Both the position numbers and the translations under genes were made by a program. A DNA stretch of 44,485 nt from a virus. This document shows positions 41,955 through 44,485 of this stretch, piece by piece (position 1 is the stretch's first letter; every line of letters begins with the position of its first letter). Below the pieces are notes generated by a model. The model made no database searches and was not told the DNA's origin. It worked only from the letters and a program-made list of their open reading frames with translations. The stretch is from the IMG/VR virus record IMGVR_UViG_3300045988_082204. One strand, given 5' to 3'.

Positions 41955-41982
41955 ATTATACGCAAAGCTTAGAAAAAATCAA
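41955..41982 (-). promoter_or_regulatory. Sigma-70-type promoter for toxI-toxN
   Basis: On the minus strand: TTGATT, 16 nt, TATAAT (plus-strand aatcaa 41977-41982, attata 41955-41960). Confidence 0.6.
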
Positions 41983-42116
41983 CACGGGAGAGTGAACGTT
42001 AACAACATTTTAGCAAAACTCACAAAGCGAAACGTTAGAATACAGCAGAATAAACGAAAAGTCAACTAAAATTAACGAAATATAGCGAATGAGCAAAAAT
42101 GGAAGGGAGAACAAAG

Positions 42117-42230
42117 ATGACGGCAAAAGAAGAACGGGAAATACTGATTAAGGAGCTAAAACGGCTCATCAACGAAGCAAGCAATTACGAATTGCGGTGC
42201 GCGTACATCCTACTGCTTAATATGAAGTAA
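42117..42230 (+). CDS. Hypothetical 37-aa helical peptide
   Basis: ATG follows GGAAGGGAGAACAAAG. Reads MTAKEEREILIKELKRLINEASNYELRCAYILLLNMK. Convergent with the repressor gene. Confidence 0.4.
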   Translation: MTAKEEREILIKELKRLINEASNYELRCAYILLLNMK

Positions 42231-42240
42231 ACACAGCAAC

Positions 42241-42277
42241 AAAAAAACCGGCCTTTATTGGTCGGTCTCTTTTTTTA
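42241..42277. terminator. Bidirectional terminator between the small ORF and the repressor gene
   Basis: A7, then stem accggcc/ggtcggt, then ctcttttttt. The repressor stop codon lies in the loop. Confidence 0.65.
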
Positions 42278-42647
42278 TGTCTTCGACTTCGGCGGCGAGC
42301 TCAAGCAGCTTGCTTTCAAACAGTGCCCATTCGTCCGGCGTAGTCCGTGCAAGCACCGTTATGAACGCCTGTTGTATCGGTGTTCCGTCGTTGCCTAACA
42401 CCTTACCGATAAACGCGGATATTTCATCAGCGCGGCTTACGGCCTTGAACGGCTCACCAATGCCTGAGCGTAACCAAACTTCATCTACATTAAATTCACG
42501 GCAAATATCTTTTATTGTTCGGTCTCCGGGAACACGTTCACCTTTTTCGATCATCCAAACGTAATTTTGCGAAATATTTATTCTGTTGCCGAAATCGGTC
42601 TGCGTAAGTCCAAGATTGGCACGCAACCATTTAACACGTTCGTTCAT
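42255..42647 (-). CDS. CI-like repressor (XRE HTH plus C-terminal dimerisation-type domain)
   Basis: ATG 42647 follows CAAGGAGGTGAAACC. Reads LRANLGLTQTDFGNRINISQNYVWMIEKGERVP. Confidence 0.8.
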   Translation of the reverse strand: MNERVKWLRANLGLTQTDFGNRINISQNYVWMIEKGERVPGDRTIKDICREFNVDEVWLRSGIGEPFKAVSRADEISAFIGKVLGNDGTPIQQAFITVLARTTPDEWALFESKLLELAAEVEDIKKETDQ

Positions 42648-42667
42648 GGTTTCACCTCCTTGCATAC

Positions 42668-42696
42668 ATAATAACACTTCAATCTAACACTGTCAA
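42668..42696 (-). promoter_or_regulatory. Repressor promoter (minus strand)
   Basis: On the minus strand: TTGACA, 17 nt, TATTAT. TAACAC operator-like half-sites at 42672-42677 and 42685-42690. Confidence 0.65.
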
Positions 42697-42727
42697 TAAA
42701 AAACCTTGAAAAAGTGCAAAAACATTA

Positions 42728-42756
42728 TTGACAAGCTCTAACTTAGGTGTTATTAT
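42728..42756 (+). promoter_or_regulatory. Rightward (early/lytic) promoter
   Basis: TTGACA (42728-42733), 17 nt, TATTAT (42751-42756). GTGTTA half-site at 42747-42752. Confidence 0.65.
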
Positions 42757-42800
42757 AATCTCACAAGGTTAGTAAAACAACCACAACACACAGAAAGGGG

Positions 42801-42986
42801 GTGAGGAAAGTAAGCATAGATAAACTTGATTTGCTCATGGGTATTTTCGCAGCGTTCGGTGCTGGCGTGGGTACGGGGATGATTATCATACTTGCGATTG
42901 CTGAGAACACTTTTTCTTCATTTAAAGAAGATCGCATAAAGAGAAAGCAAAAAGCTGCATATCGCCACGAACAAAGACGCAAGTGA
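42801..42986 (+). CDS. Doubtful small TM ORF downstream of the rightward promoter
   Basis: GTG start without usable SD spacing. One hydrophobic segment. Its 3' end overlaps the minus-strand gene 42918..43244 antisense. Confidence 0.25.
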   Translation: MRKVSIDKLDLLMGIFAAFGAGVGTGMIIILAIAENTFSSFKEDRIKRKQKAAYRHEQRRK

Positions 42987-43244
42987 TACTTTACGCGAGA
43001 AACGCGCAAATTCTTCTGAACGTTTTCTCTCAGCCTGTTTTTCGCGATAGTACTCACAATAGCGTGAGCCGTCAGACGTTATGACATATTCATCTGTGCG
43101 TTCTGATAAGGCATAAGGAGCTATAAACCCGAGAGAAATCAAATGGCCTGCATCGGCAGGATGCAGACGTACAACAGCGGCGGTATCAACCGCAAGGATG
43201 ATACGAGTGTCCATATCGGACAGAAAAATCTTGTCGAAATCCAT
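42918..43244 (-). CDS. Hypothetical protein with a C-terminal TM segment
   Basis: ATG follows AAAGGAGGCGCTTTATTA. 108 aa. C-terminal LASLFVAICSFLLSLYAIFF. Confidence 0.6.
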   Translation of the reverse strand: MDFDKIFLSDMDTRIILAVDTAAVVRLHPADAGHLISLGFIAPYALSERTDEYVITSDGSRYCEYYREKQAERKRSEEFARFSRKVSLASLFVAICSFLLSLYAIFFK

Positions 43245-43316
43245 TAATAAAGCGCCTCCTTTTTACAGGAGGGTATCACAAAATGTAAACAATCGCAATA
43301 GAAAGAGGGTGAAAAA

Positions 43317-43469
43317 ATGAGTGAAAAAGAAAAGCAGACCATCAAGACGATGGCCGACATCTTCAGCAAACTGCCTGCCGATAAGCAGCAGTATTTCAAC
43401 GGCTATGCCAACGGCGTAGCGGATATGGCAGAGGCACAGGCCGAGAAGAACGATCAGGATAAAGACTAA
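43317..43469 (+). CDS. Hypothetical 50-aa protein
   Basis: ATG follows AGAAAGAGGGTGAAAAA. Reads MSEKEKQTIKTMADIFSKLPADKQQYFNGYANGVADMAEAQ... Confidence 0.5.
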   Translation: MSEKEKQTIKTMADIFSKLPADKQQYFNGYANGVADMAEAQAEKNDQDKD

Positions 43470-43489
43470 TCAGAAAGGAGAAAAAACGC

Positions 43490-43702
43490 ATGACGCTATC
43501 AGAAGTTGAACGCATGGACGCGACAACGCTGACGCCGGTACAGGTGGCAAGTGTGCTGCACTCTGACCCTCAGCTTATCCGCGTCGCGGCAAGACAGCGC
43601 CCGGAGCTGCTGGGCTTTGACGTAATCATCGTAGGCAACCGCGTAAAAATACCGCGTGAGGCTTTTATTGCGTTTATGCGCGGAAGGAGGAAAGGACAAT
43701 GA
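43490..43702 (+). CDS. Excisionase-type (HTH_17/MerR-like) DNA-binding protein
   Basis: LTPVQVASVLHSDPQLIRVAAR...GNRVKIPREAFIAFM pattern. ATG follows AAAGGAG. Confidence 0.6.
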   Translation: MTLSEVERMDATTLTPVQVASVLHSDPQLIRVAARQRPELLGFDVIIVGNRVKIPREAFIAFMRGRRKGQ

Positions 43703-43893
43703 CAAAAGAAATGGATAAATTTGTAGTTAAACGGCAGTTGCCGCCGGACAAAATCTATTACACGCAGATATCTATTCGCAAAAGCACCAACGAAATACTC
43801 AGGATGATGCAGAACGATACTGGCGCTAAGGTTGCAGACCTGGTTGATGCTATGGTCAAATTCTGTGCGGACAGGCTGGTAGTGGAAGAATAA
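43699..43893 (+). CDS. Hypothetical protein
   Basis: 64-aa ORF; the start overlaps the upstream stop (ATGA). Confidence 0.5.
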   Translation: MTKEMDKFVVKRQLPPDKIYYTQISIRKSTNEILRMMQNDTGAKVADLVDAMVKFCADRLVVEE

Positions 43894-44054
43894 TGATTGC
43901 TTTATTTTTCATAGCCGTTATGGGCGCTGTTTTCATCGTCGGCGGCGTAATATCAGCGCTTGTGTGGTTTGCCAACACAGCCGAGGACGAGTGCGCTAAG
44001 AGACGCGAGCGGTATATCAGAGCGGAGGTGCACAATGCCAAAAACACGCTTTGA
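43893..44054 (+). CDS. Hypothetical 53-aa single-TM peptide
   Basis: TAATG coupling to the upstream gene. Reads MIALFFIAVMGAVFIVGGVISALVWF... Confidence 0.45.
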   Translation: MIALFFIAVMGAVFIVGGVISALVWFANTAEDECAKRRERYIRAEVHNAKNTL

Positions 44055-44274
44055 CCGTGTGCCGCGCGATCCGCTGAAGGAACTCGTTTTAGGCCGAAAA
44101 GCGGCGCTTGATATGTCGCTCACGCGGCTTGCGGAAAAGATGCACATAACGCGTTCACAGCTGAGCACGATACTTGAAAAGCCGTCTGCTAACTGGACGA
44201 TCGGCAATGCAATCGCGCTGACAGCGGCCTTAGATATTCCGATCGCAGAAATGCGCGAGACGATAAAAAAGTAA
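44035..44274 (+). CDS. Small HTH protein
   Basis: ATG 44035 follows GCGGAGGTGCACA. Reads LDMSLTRLAEKMHITRSQLSTILEKPS. Confidence 0.6.
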   Translation: MPKTRFDRVPRDPLKELVLGRKAALDMSLTRLAEKMHITRSQLSTILEKPSANWTIGNAIALTAALDIPIAEMRETIKK

Positions 44275-44287
44275 AAGGGGGACAACG

Positions 44288-44485
44288 ATGAAAGAAATTA
44301 TATGCACATCACAAGCCGAGCTTAATGCCGTAGCCGTAGATTTTGACGGCAGGGTAATTATCAAATTCGGCACACCATATAACCGTGCGATGGTGAACAG
44401 GCGATTTGAATATCCTGTCGAGGCGTGGGGCAACAGCTCCGTCGTGGCGAGGGGCAACAGCTCCGTCGTGGCGAGGGGCAACAGC
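44288..44485 (+). CDS. 5' part of the junction-spanning repeat protein (continues at 2..538)
   Basis: ATG 44288 follows AAAGGGGGACAACG. The ORF runs off the window end inside the 55-nt overlap. Confidence 0.6.
   Translation, partial: MKEIICTSQAELNAVAVDFDGRVIIKFGTPYNRAMVNRRFEYPVEAWGNSSVVARGNSSVVARGNS
44431..44485 (+). repeat. 55-nt terminal overlap, identical to 1..55
   Basis: Direct comparison. Confidence 0.95.

Larger units (their letters stand above)
1..44485. mobile_element. Complete temperate phage genome (circular contig, unit ~44,430 bp) with a contractile-tail morphogenesis module
   Basis: Integrase/attP, repressor switch, replication, terminase-portal-capsid, sheath-tube-tape measure-baseplate and lysis genes are all present. 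The ends overlap by 55 identical nt and one ORF is continuous across the junction. Confidence 0.9.

Noticed and set aside
42117-42230. The small peptide gene as an arbitrium-like (AimP) communication peptide.
   Set aside because: The peptide has no signal sequence, and there is no AimR-like TPR receptor gene in the genome. It is kept only as a hypothetical small ORF.

Overview
The window is one complete, circularly closed temperate phage genome. The unit is about 44,430 bp: nt 1-55 are identical to nt 44431-44485, and an ORF reads in frame across the join.

Gene order, on the + strand unless noted:
- A junction-spanning repeat protein and a SleB-like hydrolase.
- An unusual cytosine-5 DNA methyltransferase locus (1052-2474).
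- A run of small, often Cys-rich early ORFs, a Dam-like N6-adenine MTase and a DUF5664-like protein.
- A recombination/replication block: Sak4-like ATPase, DUF669/SSB-like protein, ERCC4-type nuclease, CHC2 zinc-finger protein and VirE-type primase/helicase.
- An iteron-rich putative origin (10107-10320).
- An ArpU/RinA-like late activator with a putative late promoter and a structured leader.
- TerS, TerL, portal, a MuF/gp7 protein with a C-terminal extension, scaffold, capsid and connectors.
- A PBSX/Xkd-like contractile tail module: sheath, tube, chaperone with a -1 frameshift, tape measure, LysM protein, baseplate and fibres.
- The lysis cassette, followed by a terminator-insulated cargo cluster (34494-36691).
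- An attP built on the 3' half of a tRNA-Ala(GGC).
- A minus-strand lysogeny/accessory block: tyrosine integrase, membrane-anchored HTH protein, an XRE-like ORF plus a TM-coiled-coil-DUF4041-T5orf172 protein, an array of AT-box/hairpin modules, a type III ToxIN/AbiQ-like toxin with a 3 x ~36-nt RNA-antitoxin-like array, and a CI-like repressor with mirrored back-to-back promoters.

The host is inferred to be a Gram-positive, Clostridia-type bacterium. The evidence is strong GGAGG-type SDs, SleB/LysM/SLH-like wall modules and Xkd synteny.

Most worth a second look:
1. The accessory block at 38259-41982.
2. The motif-permuted, two-frame C5-MTase locus with a G8 tract.
3. The MuF C-terminal extension plus its small downstream ORF.

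All family names come from reading the translations by eye. No searches were run.
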